This document shows, one piece after another, positions 29,579 through 32,000 of a DNA stretch of 32,000 bases. The stretch lies in assembly GCA_001113365.1 (NCBI GenBank), contig CKYA01000002.1. The stretch is one strand, 5' to 3'. A program made the translations under genes and the position numbers. Position 1 is the first letter of the stretch, and every line of letters begins with the position of its first letter. The DNA is from Streptococcus pneumoniae. Its GTDB lineage: Bacteria > Bacillota > Bacilli > Lactobacillales > Streptococcaceae. The notes beneath the pieces were generated by a model that saw only the letters and a list, made by a program, of their open reading frames with translations, was not told the DNA's origin and made no database searches.

Positions 29579-31903
29579 ATGGTTGTTAAAACAGTTGTTG
29601 AAGCACAAGATATTTTTGACAAAGCTTGGGAAGGCTTCAAAGGCGTAGATTGGAAAGAAAAAGCAAGTGTATCACGCTTCGTACAAGCTAACTACACACC
29701 TTACGATGGAGACGAAAGCTTCCTCGCAGGACCAACAGAACGTTCACTGCACATCAAAAAAATTGTAGAAGAAACGAAGGCTCACTACGAAGAAACTCGT
29801 TTCCCAATGGACACTCGTCCAACATCTATTGCTGACATTCCAGCAGGATTTATCGACAAAGAAAACGAAGTTATCTTCGGTATCCAAAACGATGAACTCT
29901 TCAAATTGAACTTCATGCCAAAAGGTGGTATCCGTATGGCTGAAACTACTTTGAAAGAAAATGGATACGAACCAGATCCAGCTGTTCACGAAATCTTTAC
30001 TAAATACGTAACAACAGTTAACGACGGTATCTTCCGTGCCTACACTTCAAATATCCGTCGCGCTCGTCACGCACACACTGTAACTGGTCTTCCAGATGCA
30101 TACTCACGCGGACGTATCATCGGTGTTTACGCACGTCTTGCTCTTTACGGTGCAGACTACTTGATGCAAGAAAAAGTAAACGACTGGAACGCAATCGAAG
30201 AAATCGATGAAGAAACAATCCGTCTTCGTGAAGAAATCAACCTTCAATACCAAGCATTGCAACAAGTTGTTCGCTTGGGTGACCTTTACGGAGTTGACGT
30301 TCGCAAACCAGCGATGAACGTTAAAGAAGCTATCCAATGGGTTAACATCGCCTTCATGTCTGTCTGCCGTGTTATCAACGGTGCTGCTACATCTCTAGGA
30401 CGTGTACCAATCGTATTGGACATCTTTGCAGAACGTGACCTTGCTCGTGGTACATTTACTGAATCAGAAATCCAAGAATTCGTTGATGATTTCGTTATGA
30501 AACTTCGTACAGTTAAATTTGCTCGTACAAAAGCTTACGACCAATTGTACTCAGGTGACCCAACTTTCATCACAACTTCTATGGCTGGTATGGGTAACGA
30601 CGGTCGTCACCGTGTTACTAAGATGGACTACCGTTTCTTGAACACTCTTGACAACATCGGTAACTCTCCAGAACCAAACTTGACAGTTCTTTGGACTGAT
30701 AAATTGCCATACAACTTCCGTCGCTACTGTATGCACATGAGCCACAAACACTCTTCTATCCAATACGAAGGTGTAACAACAATGGCTAAAGACGGATATG
30801 GTGAAATGAGCTGTATCTCATGCTGTGTGTCTCCACTTGACCCAGAAAATGAAGAGCAACGCCACAACATCCAGTACTTCGGTGCTCGTGTAAACGTATT
30901 GAAAGCCCTTCTTACTGGTTTGAACGGTGGTTACGACGATGTTCACAAAGACTACAAAGTATTTGACATCGAACCAATCCGTGACGAAGTTCTTGAATTT
31001 GAATCAGTTAAAGCTAACTTTGAAAAATCTCTTGACTGGTTGACTGACACTTATGTAGATGCTTTGAACATCATCCACTACATGACTGATAAGTACAACT
31101 ATGAAGCTGTTCAAATGGCCTTCTTGCCAACTAAACAACGTGCTAACATGGGATTCGGTATCTGTGGATTTGCTAACACTGTTGACACATTGTCAGCTAT
31201 TAAGTACGCTACAGTTAAACCAATCCGTGATGAAAATGGCTATATCTACGATTACGAAACAATCGGTGAATACCCACGTTGGGGTGAAGATGACCCACGT
31301 TCAAACGAATTGGCAGAATGGTTGATCGAAGCTTACACAACTCGTCTACGTAGCCACAAACTTTACAAAGACGCAGAAGCTACAGTATCACTTTTGACAA
31401 TCACATCTAACGTTGCTTACTCTAAACAAACTGGTAACTCACCAGTCCACAAAGGTGTATACCTCAACGAAGATGGTTCTGTGAACTTGTCTAAACTTGA
31501 ATTCTTCTCACCAGGTGCTAACCCATCTAACAAAGCTAAAGGTGGATGGTTGCAAAACTTGAATTCACTTTCTAGCCTTGACTTTAGTTATGCAGCTGAT
31601 GGTATCTCATTGACTACACAAGTATCACCTCGCGCTCTTGGTAAGACTCGTGACGAACAAGTTGATAACTTGGTAACAATCCTTGATGGTTACTTCGAAA
31701 ACGGTGGACAACACGTTAACTTGAATGTTATGGACTTGAACGATGTTTACGAAAAGATTATGTCAGGTGAAGACGTTATCGTACGTATCTCTGGATACTG
31801 TGTAAACACTAAATACCTCACTCCAGAACAAAAAACTGAATTGACACAACGTGTCTTCCACGAAGTTCTTTCAATGGATGATGCCTTGGATGCATTGAGC
31901 TAA
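29579..31903 (+). CDS. pflB: formate acetyltransferase (pyruvate formate-lyase)
   Basis: [17 protein letters not shown] active-site cysteines and glycyl radical region [28 protein letters not shown]. The start is placed at [11 protein letters not shown] rather than the upstream track Met at 29543. Confidence 0.96.
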   Translation: MVVKTVVEAQDIFDKAWEGFKGVDWKEKASVSRFVQANYTPYDGDESFLAGPTERSLHIKKIVEETKAHYEETRFPMDTRPTSIADIPAGFIDKENEVIFGIQNDELFKLNFMPKGGIRMAETTLKENGYEPDPAVHEIFTKYVTTVNDGIFRAYTSNIRRARHAHTVTGLPDAYSRGRIIGVYARLALYGADYLMQEKVNDWNAIEEIDEETIRLREEINLQYQALQQVVRLGDLYGVDVRKPAMNVKEAIQWVNIAFMSVCRVINGAATSLGRVPIVLDIFAERDLARGTFTESEIQEFVDDFVMKLRTVKFARTKAYDQLYSGDPTFITTSMAGMGNDGRHRVTKMDYRFLNTLDNIGNSPEPNLTVLWTDKLPYNFRRYCMHMSHKHSSIQYEGVTTMAKDGYGEMSCISCCVSPLDPENEEQRHNIQYFGARVNVLKALLTGLNGGYDDVHKDYKVFDIEPIRDEVLEFESVKANFEKSLDWLTDTYVDALNIIHYMTDKYNYEAVQMAFLPTKQRANMGFGICGFANTVDTLSAIKYATVKPIRDENGYIYDYETIGEYPRWGEDDPRSNELAEWLIEAYTTRLRSHKLYKDAEATVSLLTITSNVAYSKQTGNSPVHKGVYLNEDGSVNLSKLEFFSPGANPSNKAKGGWLQNLNSLSSLDFSYAADGISLTTQVSPRALGKTRDEQVDNLVTILDGYFENGGQHVNLNVMDLNDVYEKIMSGEDVIVRISGYCVNTKYLTPEQKTELTQRVFHEVLSMDDALDALS

Positions 31904-31927
31904 TCAAGTTCTTGAATAATAAAAAGG

Positions 31928-31955
31928 AACCCTCGGTCAATCGACCGAGGGTTTT
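31928..31955 (+). terminator. pflB intrinsic terminator
   Basis: AACCCTCGGTC (31928-31938), loop, GACCGAGGGTT (31943-31953), then TT. Confidence 0.88.
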
Positions 31956-32000
31956 GTGCTTGGGATAGTGTGAGCAATTCCTTCGGCGCAATATGCAATG

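Overview
This is a chromosomal window from a mitis-group Streptococcus (S. pneumoniae / S. mitis-like), judged from gene order, codon usage and a BOX element. It runs: end of the fatty-acid synthesis cluster (fabF 3' part, accB, fabZ, accC, accD, accA); minus-strand nusB, Asp23/Gls24 protein and efp; a BOX repeat; a Zn-dependent butanediol/threonine-type dehydrogenase; gatCAB (minus); prfC; a decayed region with a glycosyltransferase-8 pseudogene and a transposase fragment; rpmB; a second Asp23 protein plus a FakA/YloV-type DAK kinase; ilvBN, ilvC, a small uncharacterised protein and ilvA; a ~750 bp decayed intergenic region; a small putative DNA-binding protein; a glutamine-type ABC transporter (minus); a DUF2207-like membrane protein; uppP; dinB (minus); and pflB. 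The most interesting unannotated feature is at ~11136-11502. It is a compact candidate type I toxin-antitoxin locus: a 33-aa holin-like hydrophobic peptide with a TTG start (missed by the ORF track), a convergent antisense promoter, a bidirectional terminator, and a 10-nt AAGACGGTGG element present once on each transcript. Other items worth a look are a hairpin-dense region after prfC (13217-13470), candidate CodY and CcpA (cre) sites, a perfect 15-bp inverted repeat carrying outward TATAAT boxes between dinB and pflB, and several decay remnants. All homology calls come from reading the sequence; no database searches were run.
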